A DNA stretch of 48,706 nucleotides, counting the filler, from Jimgerdemannia flammicorona (lineage: Eukaryota), in the NCBI GenBank assembly GCA_003990765.1. It is 2 parts of 2 records of this genome, joined end to end, with 100 filler letters (N's around TTAATTAATTAA, not from the genome) between each part and the next. Parts side by side here need not be neighbours in the genome. Positions count along the whole stretch, not along the records: positions 1 to 24,305 come from RBNJ01000992.1; 1 more part is not named here. One strand, 5' to 3'. Below are positions 1 to 14,414 of this stretch, one piece after another (the stretch's first letter is position 1; every line of letters begins with the position of its first letter). Below the pieces are notes generated by a model, which made no database searches, was not told the origin of the DNA, and was given only the letters and a program-made list of their open reading frames with translations. The translations under genes were made by a program, and so were the position numbers.

Positions 1-696
1 AAAAAGGGCACCTGATCAATTGAGAAAGGGTGGGTAGTTGCAAAGAAGCCTACGGAACAGGTTTACGTGATCACGTTACTCGATAATAACATTGTGGAGG
101 TGTTCATTGATTTTTTTTTTTTTTCTGTATGGGCCAGATCAAGGTCAAGGTATTAATAGAGTGCGAGGGGAGCCTTTCCGGAGTCGCTGGTCGCACGCGA
201 GATGACGAGAGGTCCCCACGGGCAGTCCCTTGTGTGCCCTCGAGACGCACGGCCAGTTTTGCATGGTTCGCAAGAGCCACTTCTAATGTTGGACTGGTGT
301 AACTGGGCATTTGCCGCATTGGAGCGTCGGGCGGACCACGGATCCAATCAGACCCATGAGCCGATGTGAACCGGCGGCGTGTTTTGCAGATTACAGAAAC
401 CAACCTCCTGCCTTCTCGTCGACTTATTGCTATCCAACCCGTTCTGCGTGCCCTTAACCTTCCCTCTCTCTCTCTTTCGTAACGAGCCGCACCCCTCTCC
501 TCCTCCCCCCCGAAATACTTGAGCGTCTCCCCACACACTGACTGGCCTCGATAAGAACCGCTCGGCAGTCCCCTCACACACTCTTTTGACAACACCCTCA
601 TCTTTAATACCTCCCTCCCCATTAATCATTCGAGAGCATCTCGATTCACACTCGCCTTCTCATCCTTTTTAACGTAACGAAACGAAAACAAATATA

Positions 697-1836
<1,140 letters not shown>

Positions 1837-3263
1837 TGGATGACAGAGGACGTCCGACGAGGTCTTTGTATCGGCGGAGAGAGGAGGGAAGGTGGGGAGG
1901 AAGTGTGTGAACAAATGCTCCGTGTTACGAGGAGACAACGGATACGTGGGCATAGTGGAGGAAAGAGATAGCGTACTCTTAGATCGACAGATCACGTACC
2001 GCTTCGTACCGCTATGCGCGATTCCAGCGTCCGGTTTCTATTCCTGGTGCGGCTCTCAAAATCCCTAAATTAAATTTCATGGTGGAGACGGTGTGATGTT
2101 TTTTATTTTTTTTCTTACACCTTTTTTTTTTTTTTTTCTTGTTTGTCCGGTTTGTTGCCTATTTTACATTTGGCCTATTTCTTCCTCCAACGTATAATTC
2201 GTTTTGTTTCTCACCATGGAATATTCTCGATCCTACATCCCACTATCGACGACACGCCTCTCTTTACATCGAGATACATATCCCTCTCAGAAACTTAATT
2301 TCCTACGACTCATTGATTACTTATATTAACCTTAAAAGGGATAATTGTTTGTATTGTTATCGAGAAAAAAGTTCTCGTCCATTTTTCGTACATCCTTTGA
2401 GGTTAGTATTTATACCTACATGCCTTTAGGTTATATATATCTGATTCACATGTTCTCTTTGGGCTTGACGGCTTTTCATTCTATGATGTTCACTTTGTAT
2501 GTGGGTTAGTTGATATGTGGGCTCAGCGTTGTCCACATTCTTCATACGACCGGTACGCCTGGAAATTTCACGTTTCTGGGCCATTGTCCGAGAGTTAGGA
2601 TGTCCCGGTCGCACTTGCCTATAGGAATGCTGACAAGGTAATGGGCAATAGTTCAGTATTGGTTGGTGCTTGGTGTCGTTGGATAGATAAACTTGCGGGG
2701 TAACAAAGTAATAAATATATAATAGCAACCAATTATTAAATATGAGACTTTGTCGTAATGCATTGCTACTTTTAATACCATCCGGCCAACCATAATCGAG
2801 CCTTCAATCATAGGTTTCCTTTTCCGTGATGTGATCTCGATCGGCCTTCTCGCATGTACAAAGACATGGTCAAAAGAAAGAAAGATGCTAAACTGCGAGC
2901 TCCGATTCGGGTTTGGTTTCCCGTATTGCCGTATCGATTGAATATACAAGCACTGTTCGACTGAGTAGTAAATTATCGGCCTCTACGGAGATTAATGCGC
3001 GCGCCCGAGAGGTGTGTATAAACATTGCAAGAACGTGGTTGCGGATGGAAACCACGTGGTCGGATACCATTACACGGAAATGAGCAAATGAGCACCTAAT
3101 TGCGGAAAATTTTAAACTGCGTCTATACACAAATAAGTCAAACAAATGCACGTATCATCCCTTTTCCCCTCAACGCATTGAGGCAGTACATCCGTCCTTC
3201 TACTCCCACCCCCACCCCTCCCCCGCCCTCCCACCAACCTCCCTTTGAACCCGTAAGCATCAC

Positions 3264-3575
3264 ATGGCGGCCGTCGCGAATTCACTCCCCACAAACCCTG
3301 AACCGAAAGCCTCAGGATGGATGCCCTCTCCTCCACCGCGGTTGGTTACCAAGGTCAGCAAGGAGATAAAGCCGAAGCGCAGCACGGCGTCGCTAGTTGA
3401 AGCCAGGCCGACACCGGCACCCTCGCAAGCGGTCGCAGCACACCAGAGCTGGACCTCTGGTCAGCACCTCAAGGACGATGACAACTTGCCCTTGGGGATT
3501 TTGAAAGAGATGTGGCAGATCCGACAAGGAGGCTGGGAATTGAACGTGCGAGAGGGACTTCAGGTTGATGTGTAG
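3264..3575 (+). CDS. Possible small Pro-rich hypothetical protein or gene remnant (103 aa)
   Basis: ATG-initiated ORF after a pyrimidine-rich leader; contains DDDNLPLG, a short motif seen in disordered fungal proteins. No recognisable domain. Confidence 0.3.
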   Translation: MAAVANSLPTNPEPKASGWMPSPPPRLVTKVSKEIKPKRSTASLVEARPTPAPSQAVAAHQSWTSGQHLKDDDNLPLGILKEMWQIRQGGWELNVREGLQVDV

Positions 3576-5432
3576 AAGAGTCTTTTCTGCAATGTACATA
3601 TTCCCTCCTGTACTCCTACATATTGTGCTTGGAGCTTACGATTAGAGCGTAGAGTAGTAAACAGCTGTAATTACCCCCCCTAATATTTGACCAATTTCCA
3701 ATTGATTGAGTGCCTTCTAGATGCAATCCCAAGCCACACATCCTTATCTTCTGCGATGACCACCGAGCGTCCCTTCCCCCCTTATCAAAACGTACATTCA
3801 GTACGGGTACTATGCCGAGGCCATATCCCTCCCCGTACTCCTTCAGCGCCTCCCGCTCTGACACTTTGTCACCTTCATTCACTCATGAACTATCCTCCGT
3901 CCTCCACCTTCGCCAACGACCTCCTGGCATTCCACATTGCTTCCCAACATCACACTTGATTCGAGCATGTCCACGACGAGCTGAATACCTGTACTGCCGA
4001 CGCCCGAGATCGTTGCGTGCAGGAAGGTCACGCGGCAGCTAGGGAGGCGTCGTATGCGAAGTGTTTGTTAGGAGCGCGTTGGGTAAGGGGATGTTTGGCG
4101 CCGAGGGGTTCGAAGAGGTCGTCGATCTAGAGATACGCTTGGTGGAGGCTGACAAAGGTCAAAGTTGAAGTGAGAAGAGGGTCATGGAGAGAGGTGTTGA
4201 AACGGGGACACTTTCTCGCTGGAAGAGTGGAGGACTACGCTAATCCGGCGGAACACGAGGATAGTGACGATGACCTCGGGGATTGAAACTGTGGTGGTAA
4301 GTCGTGATGATGGTCGGGTTACGGGAACGGAGCTTGGATGGCACGTAGGTTTCGTCTTAATGCAGGGATGGGTCGTGGCCCCATAGGATGTTTGCGCGGC
4401 GTAGACGAGCGGTGCGTTGGTTTTGATGCTGGCTATGACGATGACTTGGTAGCGTGTTCGTATTGCAAGCAACGAAAAAGCCAGCCGTGTTTGAGAAAAC
4501 TAATACAGTATTGTAAACTTTCCTTCCTCTCTGGTGTCGATGGGAATCACACTGCGGGTTTCATTCGTGTACGTCCAACAGTGGTTTCAATGGTGCTTTA
4601 ATTTATGTTAAAGTTGAAAGTCGGCTATCGTACGCGCGGGGTTTTTCCCTTCACAAATTTTGGTATGCAGATAAGTGATAATCATGTGGGTAAGATTAAA
4701 AATGGTGTCGAAATTGCGTGGATATTAATCTTACACATGTCGTGCCCCACCCGGCCCATTGGATCCATCCCAAACTACAGAGTCTATTGTACCCAGTCAG
4801 CTGGTTCACGATTTCGAGCGAGAGGAACTCGAGGCGGATCTCACCCAGTAGTTTGGTTATTGTCCCCCCCCCCAGCAGTACGCTACCCATCTCGGTCTTC
4901 GGCCTATAGCGCCGTCTACGCCATTTGGTTGTAGACCGGCAGAATCATCACGAAGGACGACTTCAACAGGAATGCCTCGATATCCTCCAGGAGAGGGACT
5001 TGCGTGTAGTTACGAGGCTTAAAGTCGCCTAGAGCCAAACACGAGATGCTGTCCAGGTTTGGCCAGGACGGACGAGGCGAGAAGGTAAAAGGATGAATTA
5101 AGTGTTGAGGTAGTTGTGAGGCCCAAAACGTGAGAGGGGCAATTGTGGTTGTGATTGTGAAACTTGCGGAAACTTGCGGTTGCGGTTGGCCATGATGTAG
5201 TGCATGGAGCAGACGAGGGTGGAACCCCAAACTCGATTTCGTGGTAGACGACGAAGTCGCAAGTGGCTCCGTTAGGGGTTCATCACGGATCGGAGCAGAG
5301 CAGCCACAACGCGGTTGGTTTTCAAGATGATGGTGAAGATGACTGGTTGTTGATTGGAAGTCGATTTCTATATACAGGCAAACGGTCGGCATAACAAGAA
5401 CCGTTCTACTCACACATCCCATCCTCAATCCA

Positions 5433-7657
5433 TCACTCTACTGCATCCTTCATCCCACCGCACGTTAGGCAGACTATCTTCTCGCAAAGTTCCGGTCCGG
5501 GACACGCTATCGCATAAAAAGTGAAGCAACGCAATATAATATAACGAAAATCAAATTAGTGTATGAAAATTAGGCGAGCACATAAATTAGATGAGCAACA
5601 TGTTATACAAATACATGAAGGCATGGGAAGAAAAAGCAAAATGGCATAGAATGCTCACGTTCTTTCTTCGGTGTCTTCGTCAGCCCTTGCTTGGGCCTCG
5701 TTCCCGCCCCTAACCCCGTCACCGCGACTCCCTGTACCCCTGACGGAACAACCATCGTCTCCGTACCAACAGTTGCCGGATTCCACAATTCGAGCCTGGG
5801 TTTCTTGGCCACGGACGTGTACTTGGGCTTCGAGGGTAGTCCAACTTTACGCTTGTGCGAAGCGGAGACGAGAGTCGAAGCTTCACGTATCGATTTCGAT
5901 GCTGTCGGCGTGGGTAGGATGCATGGCGTGTGAGGAAGAAAGGAGACTTTCGGCAGTGACAGGGCGGGTGAAACACAAGGTGTGGGCGTAACGGGTACTC
6001 TCGCGTTGTGTTGGACATACTCCTGTCTCCCGGTAACCGACTTATTTCCATTACCCTCCCGAGCCACCCGCGTCTCGCTCGCCGACACCGTAGTCTCCTT
6101 CCGCATCAGCTCTTTCTTTTTACCTACCCAACCGTCGCTCTTTTCCTCTGTTGCCTCGACGCGTGCACCGTTCAAGAGCACGCCAAACGGCCATCTCGTT
6201 TCCTTCGCCGTGGCCGAGATCATCTTCGGCGCCATGGGCGGTATCCTAGGCTTCGAGTGTACACGGCTGCGGACAGTTTGCGGTGATAGTGCGTGGAGGG
6301 CGTCCTCCGATTCCACTTTTATCTCGCATGTAGCCGTTGTTGATTTGTCCGACCGGTGACCTTTCACGAGCGCGTCCGCGCCCGTCTCCTTATCGTTTTC
6401 AATGCGTACATGCTCCTTCGCCGCATAATGTCCATCCTCCTGCGCGAGTTCCTCGACCTTCTTCGTCACCGCCACCGCGCTTTCCTCCTCTTGCCCTATT
6501 TCTTCCCGTCCCAGCGTGCTTTGTCTTTTCGATTTCTTCTCCCTTTCCTTCTCGATCTCCGCGGCCCTCTGTGACAACCCTTTCATCCATTCCTTCCGCA
6601 CTATCTCGACCTCGGGCGTACTTCGTGGGTTCCTCCGAGACAATTGCATGTCGACCGGCTGCGGGGTCGGTGAGTTGGTAACGCCCCTTTTCTCGACGGA
6701 TGGGGTGACATGTTTGGTCGGTTCCGAGATCGCTGGTAGCGGTGTTGGCGTGTTCGCTTTGGGTTTCAACACGGAGATTTTCATTAGGGCGGAGGATGGT
6801 GTCGGCGGTCGGCTAGGACGAAGATAGGAGGCATCGTCGTTGTTTTCGTGTTTTATGTGGCGGGGCAACAACACGAGACTATCCTTGGGTGCCCGTACTC
6901 CTACCGATGTTCGCGACAGATTGTCTGCTAAAGCCCACTTCTTTCGGTTACTGCTAGGTTCGCCCTTCTCGTACCTTTTCGGCAACCGACGCTGTCTCTC
7001 AATGACATTGTCCTCTCCTTCGATTCGCCACATTTCTGCATTCGCCCTGAACGATTCCACAACTTCGCGCTCTGAAGCCACGTGCTTCGTGGTCGCGGGA
7101 CACGAACCCGGCACGTACTTGTACTTAAGCTTCCGGTTCGAGGTTGCGGAACACGACCCTGGCACGTACTTGTACTTAAGCTTCTGCTTCGTGGGCGACG
7201 GTGTTTTATTCGTCGTCGTAGTCGTGACCATCGCCTTCAAAAACACGCGCGTCGACGACAGCAGCTCTTCGAACGCGTCGTCATCGTACCGCACCTCGTC
7301 GCTCCGCTCGTCGAACTCGCTCTCGTCTACGGGCACCCAAGTCACGACATTCTGCTCTTCCTCCCCGAACTCATCCGGCTTATTATCCAATTCCTCCCAT
7401 TTAACCTCCTCTTCCTGCTCCTCTGCTTCCTCTTTGGGCCTCGGCCAATGCTGGACCGTGGAACCAATGTACTTGACGCCTTTGGTACCCCTTACGTGCC
7501 CCCTGTCGACGACGATCTCTCCGGTGGCCAGGTCGATCTCGTCAGTGGCGTCGCCCCAGTCAAACCCGTAGCGCTCAATGATGTCCTCCCAAACGGACTT
7601 GAGACGTAGCTGGGACTGTAGTCGAAGAACCTGGGTATCGGCTGTTTGTCTCTTCAT
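5433..7657 (-). CDS. SCM3: Scm3/HJURP-family CENP-A chaperone, 2 exons, ~690 aa, with C-terminal Cys4 motif
   Basis: N-terminal LRLQSQLRLKSVWEDIIERYGFDWGDATDEIDLATGEIVVDRGHVRG matches the Scm3 domain pattern (RLKS.(W/F)E.I..KYG.....DEIDL.TGEIVV..GH). Exon 1 7657-5659, intron GTGAGC...GATAG (5658-5507), exon 2 5506-5433 gives PCPGPELCEKIVCLTCGGMKDAVE*. Confidence 0.85.
7091..7184 (-). repeat. 51-bp-period intragenic duplication in Scm3
   Basis: Encodes KLKYKYVPGSC(S/P)AT twice; GGCACGTACTTGTACTTAAGCTTC is repeated 51 bp apart. Confidence 0.9.
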
Positions 7658-7706
7658 TGTCGTGGAGTGTGCAGCATTGTTTGTTTGGGTAAGAAAAGCT
7701 GGTACG

Positions 7707-7714
7707 TGACGTCA
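7707..7714. promoter_or_regulatory. CRE/ATF palindrome TGACGTCA 50 bp upstream of the Scm3 ATG
   Basis: Perfect TGACGTCA; function not demonstrable from sequence. Confidence 0.3.
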
Positions 7715-8533
7715 TCACGCTATTGTCGGAATTAGTATTCGATCAACGATCTCGACTTTTATGGGAAAAAGCCAAGCAACTTGTCGACAACAAGATTGCC
7801 GATGCAAATATGGGATGGTTGTTTTTCCTTAAGTAGCGATGATCGTGCTGCGTCCGAAAGTATGCCGAACATAGTAGAGAATGTCGGCACGGATGGTTTG
7901 AGTCGGGCATCAATAGATAATATTAGCCATTGCCCACCCGACAAAGCCCGAAGGTTCAATGGACATTGTTTTGCTCAGAACCCCCCCCCCAGCCCACCCC
8001 TCTTCATTGGCATTCCTGCCATCTTAGTTCTCATGCATGTCACCATCTCGGTCTTGTGCTTGATACCATCTGTCCCTGTACTCATGGTTGTCTTGATCCT
8101 TGCGTTCGTCATCATTATAGAGCCCCAAAAAATCAACAGGATGACAAGACACATAAATTCAGATATATTCCGAGAAGATTGAAGTGTGTATTGTTCACTA
8201 TAAAATAAAATAATAATAATAATTGTAAACCCTAAAATAGATATCTTTTTCACGTACGTTTTACTACCATCTAAATGTCCTTCTTTCATATAGTGTGTGC
8301 TAACGACCGATTCGTGGCCATGTTTTGCAGCTGGATATCCTATTAAATTTACAATATCATAAATCGCATTACCCGAATTTTATGTTCAAACCTTCCACTT
8401 TAAATAAAGATTGCTATGTTTCCATATTAAAACTTTCTAATGGCTTGTCTCGAAACTCTGGTAATCTAATAGAGGCCTAGCTTACACTTCCATCTGTGCG
8501 CCACATGCCCATTGCCTCACTGCCTCGCCAGCC

Positions 8534-9258
8534 ATGCAATCTGCTATTCCCACCATCTTCAATAGACACAACCCTTTCAAAGTTGCGGGCCCTATCTTCG
8601 CCAGCCTGCATATCAGTGATTTCTTCCGTACCATGGAATGTTCTCAATGGTCAAACATCACCGCCTACTGCGCGTTTCGTGGTCAAAATTGCAGCTTTCT
8701 TGTTCCTGACCTGGAACAGACTGTCTACAAGACTTTGGAAGTGATTGTACAGTGTACTCGCCTTGGAAAGGCGAACATGACCTATGCTAAGCGGCTCCTA
8801 GCACAATCCTTTATTTCTTCGAGGATGTGTGCTGCCAGTTTGATAAAGATTCAAGCGGGCCCGTAACCAACTTTTTGCAAGCGAACGTGCCGAAGAATTG
8901 GTAACCGCTTACTTCGCCAACTGAAACGAATCCAGCGAGGCCGACGGCAGCGAGAAAAGCAGCGAGGCTGACAGCAGTGAGGACAGCAACGAGACTGATG
9001 GCAGTGAGACCGACGGTAGCGAGACTGACGGTACCAATAGTAATGTAAAGCTGGCACCCACTCTATCATGCCGAATATTCCATCCGTAACAGTTTGAACG
9101 ACGTGTTCGACTTCAAGGATAAGACTTTGGTAAATAGTGTGGCTCGCCTATTGTCGCGTGCCGACAGAAGGTACGAAAATATCAGAAGCAGCTACGCAAT
9201 GCCAAGTCTATTCACAAAATGCCGCAAGCTCAAAGACAGTAGTAATCAGTCCGGATGA
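8534..9258 (+). pseudogene. Fragmented hypothetical protein gene with acidic Ser/Glu/Thr/Asp repeat
   Basis: ORF 8534-8866 (MQSAIPTIF...FFRTMECSQWSNITAYCAF...), then separate frames encoding NESSEADGSEKSSEADSSEDSNETDGSETDGSETDG (15-bp repeats, ~8933-9033) and LYHAEYSIRNSLNDVFDFKDK...; the pieces are broken by stops and frameshifts. Confidence 0.35.
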
Positions 9259-9355
9259 ATTCGATCCGGTTCAACACGCGGAACTTGAGGAAATATACAG
9301 CAATTTGTAAGTCCGGGATCTAGCTACAATACGTCAATAATTCCTAAAGTAATAT

Positions 9356-12300
9356 TCATGGAATCTGACTACGATACATTGAGAAACGCTCAATATTTTC
9401 TAAAGTCAGCTTGGCCGGCGACACCCCGAGCAAGTTATCTCGCGGATCGTTGAGGAATGTGCGGAGCTGCGTGGAGTATTCCTGCGTTTTAAATTTTGGG
9501 ATAACGGTATTAAACCTTGCATTAATCACGGCTAATAGACAATCGCCGACCCAAGTAGAGAATTCTCTGGACAAACCTTCTCCTCTTTTCCCATCCTCTT
9601 CATCTCCTTTTCCTTCTCGGCCTCACTTTCGTCGCGCTGCTGCATGGTCGCGTAGCGACGATAGGCGAAGGTCAGAAGATTGGTACCGACGACCAGCTTG
9701 ACGGCTATAAGGCTATACATGTGTATTCGGTAGAAGACAGATTTTACAACACGATCGGATTAACATACAACGAAACATCCCAAGGCATCTTGCCAACCGC
9801 ACACACAGGTTCAAACACTATACTTTTTTGACTTACCATGCACCAAATATCGCGAACGCACCCCCCCACACCAAGACGCTCCATATTCTTCTCCCCCATT
9901 CGAACACGACAGGCCATCTGTTGATCCACTCAAACACGAGCGCTCCCGATATTCCGCTCTGCGCAATCGATACAATAATTTCCTCTAACATGGAACCCGG
10001 AGTTGGGGTGGCCGGGTCCGGGGTGGGAAAGGCCATGGGCTCCAGCGGGTATGAGGAGGTGGGCGGAGAGGAGTGAGGTTGTATCATGTAGAAGGTTTGG
10101 ACCATTATGCGGATAACCTCTCGTGGAGAAGTGTATAGGGCAAGGACGAGGGGGATTAATGGGTTGATACAATCAGGAGAAGCACGATCGGGTATGGGTA
10201 CATTTGAACTCACTACGCATGCAAGTGGCAAGGCTGGAAACCCGATCCGCCGCGACACCATTGGTGATTGATCCACGAATGTCTGCAGCATATATGTTTC
10301 AATTACAATGAGGAAGCAGCCTAATAAATCCAACCTTACAACTCTTCGGCTCACTTCATAACTAAGTATACACACCACCAATTAAAAGAATAAGTCCTCA
10401 CATTTCGTACTTACATTTTTCCTCCCACCCGCTCTTCCCGGACTCCCAACGACCAAGTCCTTGCACAACACGTCAATGTACTTCTCGTACACGCTCGGTC
10501 GAATCTGGTTGAACTTTGTGATGAAAGCGTGCTTGAGCCAGTCGACCACAAGCTCAGACACGATGACCATGACGACAGGTGTGAGAAGGGAGTCAAAGGT
10601 CGTGGCCGGCAGCTTGAAGAGGGGGACGAATGTGGAAGGCAGAATGGAGAAAGGGGAGGGCGGCGAGTCGGACAGTTCGATAACGTTGCGGACGGTAATG
10701 AGGAAGAGGAAGATGGATTGTTGAAAGCGCTCAACAATGTCTATGGGTTGTTGGAAACGGGAGAGTAGGATGGGATGATTAGGATGTTTGACTTCTTGCT
10801 CGCATCGATGAAATGCACTGGCCACATGGAATCATGGCATCAATTAGCGGTGCGGCGTCTTCCGTTTCGCTAAACTCACCGCTGCAGCTCAACTGGAATA
10901 AATTCTCCCGTTCAAACTTTTTGAACACAGAGGCCTTGATTTCGACGAATTGGTTCGAAATCAGCAGCGTGAGCAAGGCGTTTGAGTAGAAATTAATCGC
11001 CACGTTCAGAGTCACCATCTGAAAGAACAACACCATGGTATGCGTAACTAAATATTACGGAGATAAGGTAATCGGATCAAGTCAAGGATGAACATGACAA
11101 CAATTCGAGAAAGACCCGGAGTGACTTGACTGGCAGAATTCACGAGATTATCTTCTTCCAATTTGCACGAAACCATACGAAAGGATACGCATATACCCCA
11201 ATGCCAGACAAAAGAACGTCACGGGCCGCAGATGCTTATGGTGATGACTCCCATCTTCATCCTCATCCCTCGCCTGATCGCCGAGCGTTGACTTGGAAAA
11301 CAGGGCGTCGAGAATATCTGTTCCAAACGAGCAGCACAGACGGTCACAAATCTGCGTGAGAGAAAATCAGTTAAGTGGAGCAATGTTTTGTTAAAAACAA
11401 ATCTGGTCATGACTCGGTGAATATAGTAGTAAGACATGCTAAAAATGCCGAAATGGTTACCTCTAATACGTTGAAGATCACATAGAGCTTGATAACTGCT
11501 TGACCGCGAATGGAATGGTACATGCGCGAGGTATCAACATGTCCCATGGCTAGACACGTGACTAAGACTAGGATGCCTTTGAGAAGGTCACATTTCTGTG
11601 ACGATTTGAGCTGGCTGGATAACCGATTCAAGTCAGGAGCCAAAGCAACGTACGCAGGAGTCGGAGGTGAACGGGTCATAGAAGCCATGGAGGCTCGAGA
11701 GAACCCCTCAACGTACCTTCTCTCGGCTCGCCCTTTCCACCATGCGTTAGCGTCCCTGGCGGTGTTGCGCGAGAGGTAGAAGAGTGCGATGGTGAATCGC
11801 ATCGGGAGGATGGTGAAGGTGTACAGAAAGGAGTCAAGGCAAACAAAGTAGCCAAAGAGCAAGAGCTAAAACGGTTTGGTGTGAGAAGAAAAACATAAAA
11901 CGGGTTCAATAAAAGAATAATCGAATAAGGTCGGTTAATGGTGCGAGAAAAGAAGGGTAGGTATAGCCGTGTGGGGGAGCATGACATGAAAAGGAATCTT
12001 CGCTTTGTCTGGATCCTAAACGATTTGACCTGGATAAATATTTGTTTCATTCCTTGCCCTCATACACACCAGAACACATCCTGCCACTCCATCCATCCAT
12101 CCATGCTACTCTTACAAAATCATGCTTCCCCCCGCCCTTCGTTGCCCGCTCTCATCCTCTTCCGTGTACCGTGCCATTTACCCTAGTATCGCTTATCAAT
12201 GCCTCCCAAATTCCAACCCAATCGCAACCACCACCCACCCCGCAAGACCAACCTTCTCAATCGCCGCTGGCACTCCCAAAAAGTTTGTGACCCTCTCCCT

Positions 12301-13569
12301 CTTCAGCTCCTGCTGCGCGTCGAAGTCCGACGCCATCAATTCGTCCCTGAGATAATCCCATATTGTGAAGGTCGGTATTTCCGTGTGTTGCGCGGCCATG
12401 AGTGGCGTGACTGGTTTGATATTGGCGGCGGAGATGGTGGGAGGTGGGATTTCCGTCTCCGTGACCGGTTTTGGCGGAGGTATAGGAACAGTCGTCTGAG
12501 TCTCTGCCGTTGTGGAATCCAGGTCCGGATTGACGTACGGGAGAGCGGTGGGGGGATCAGAGGGGCTCGGGCGGCGCTGAACGTGAAGGGATGGAGGCGC
12601 GGAGGAATTTGGCGATGCGTCCGCAGATGCGGGTATCGAGTAGGATCGATATCGGGCTGTGTTTGGAGCCGAAGTAGAGAGTCGCATGGTGGAAATGGGT
12701 TCTTGTGTGGAGAGAGTGGTAGTTGTATCGGTTTCGGGAGCGGTAATAAAGGAAACAGAAGGGACATCTTCCGATTCTTCTTCAGGACGTTCAAGGACAG
12801 TCGTGAGTTCATGCGACTCTGGCGATATGGGGGGGACAAGTTGATCAGTTGAGAGCGAGGAAAGAGAGGTGATGGGGAGAGAGTGTTCTATAGGATGGAA
12901 AGAATCAACAGAGGTGTGTCGATTAAGTTTATTGTCAGTCTTAGCATCTGACCCCGTGGGTGCACTCGCCTCGGTATTGTACGAAAATGACGGGGAAACG
13001 GGCGTTGGGGGCAAGCTTCCCGTGGCCCTCATGACCGGGGTGACGACGATGGAGCTGGTGGAGGTACTTGGACTGACAGTGAGAGGCGTCCCTGGTGGCG
13101 TGGGATGGCCGGCCTTACTCTTTCGTTTCCGCCGGGCCGTGGTCGGGGATACACGTGGGGAAGTGTTTGGCGAGCCGTCTTCGATGGTGGTTTTGTATCG
13201 TTGTGCGTTTGAAGAGTCGAGCAACGCAAAAGCATTGGCAGTTGTTGCCGGGAGACTGGATGAAGTCGAGAGTTTGGGCGAAGGACGGGTTTTGCTTAGG
13301 CCCGAGGAGGAGGAAGAAGTAGGTGGGGTTCTGGGAATTGGCGAAGATATGGAAGCTGATGGGACGAGTCGCGGGGAATTAAAGGAGGTTGGCGGGGAGG
13401 CTGTGTCAGAAAGTGATTTTGCGTCTGACTCGATGTCGGACACGCTGTGCTGACGGCTCTTGCGCCGTTGGCGGTGATGGGAGGGTTGGAAACCGTCGAG
13501 ATCGTCCGGCCATTGCGGTGGAAGGAGAATGGTTGGTCCCACGGGGTGTTCAGGAGGTGTTGAGGTCAT
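9356..13569 (-). CDS. TAPT1/Emp65 (DUF747) ER multi-pass membrane protein, 10 exons
   Basis: Exons 13569(or 13809)-12253, 11865-11717, 11614-11461, 11351-11189, 11047-10880, 10740-10415, 10282-10214, 10117-9837, 9712-9577 and 9481-9356. Family motifs: RERVTNFLGVPAAIEKLLLFGYFVCLDSFLYTFTILP, MYHSIRGQAVIKLYVIFNVLEICDRL, TLNVAINFYSNALLTLLISNQFVEIKASVFKKF, DIVERF, ELVVDWLKHAFITKFN, RRIGFPALPL, LENIERFSM. Confidence 0.93.
11048..11188 (-). other. U12-type GT-AG intron, TAPT1/Emp65 intron 4
   Basis: Minus-strand 5' splice site GTATCCTTTCG at 11188; branch TCCTTGAC (11088-11081); 3' TTTAG ending at 11048; phase 1; removing it restores LGYM-L-THTMVLFFQ. Confidence 0.85.
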
Positions 13570-14414
13570 GACGGGAGGAGGGATGCAGACGCGTTGTGGG
13601 TGGATTGGAGTGGATTGGATGAATTTATAAGGGAAAACGCTGTCGTGTGACTGTCTCGTGAACGTGGCAATCCAGTTCTGGGTGGGTGGCTTGGATGGAT
13701 GGGACGGCCGCTGTCTCGACGTGTTCGAGTGTCGTCCCACCACCATCTTATTCATGGAAGCAGTGAGCCCTCTATGGGGATATCGGTCATTGAATGTATT
13801 TGGCGTCATTTCTGCGGAAGGGTGCTAATTTCATTGACAATCGAAATTCGCATGAAGGTAACAACGGCCCAATTGATTCCGAAATTGGAATTGTTCCTAC
13901 TTCAGAAGTATTTTACCTCGTGTATAATTATCTAAAAATAATATTACAAAAGCTCTAGCCAATATATTTTGATAAAAACCGGCTCTGAACTAAAACCCCA
14001 TAAATCTAGTGACACGCGGTAAACCTCTTCAAGATGACCTTGCCAAAATTGTAAGGCACTGAAACACTCAAGACTAGCCTCGTAAGGGCACGGGTGGTGG
14101 AACTTATAGTGCCCAATGATGCTTCCGCTTTTTTTCTGTTCTTTGAATTTCATAGATCGAACCACTATTAATACTCCTTTCGATCCTTTCCCCATTTTTG
14201 CTAGCTCATAACCTATCACTCACCCGACCGCGACACTGGTACAGGTCTTTAAAAATAGTGGACATCTTGTTGACGTCGATCATCAAGGAAACGAGAGGCA
14301 GCCCTGGTATATATGTTTGAAAGCATCCCCATTTCGTCCAGATTATAAAAAACGTAGTTTATTCTTTCTATGGAGGACATTTTAGCTTATCTAAGCATTA
14401 TTATTTTGTCATAA

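Noticed and set aside
104..629. ORFs upstream of ARF6 and palindrome ACGTGATCACGT (65-76)
   Set aside because: Promoter/5' UTR low-complexity sequence; no domain or supporting evidence.
3616..5428. Minus-strand ORF fragments, including a kinase-like LGDFKPRN
   Set aside because: Could not be assembled into a coherent spliced gene and no other kinase motifs were found; at most a decayed gene.
5603..5658. Scm3 C-terminus REHSMPFCFFFPCLHVFV from the ORF track
   Set aside because: Intron read-through; a canonical intron leads to a better Cys4 terminal exon.
7781..8289. Hydrophobic 133-aa ORF and overlapping antisense ORFs
   Set aside because: Non-ATG starts and no recognisable family; probably non-coding or decayed.
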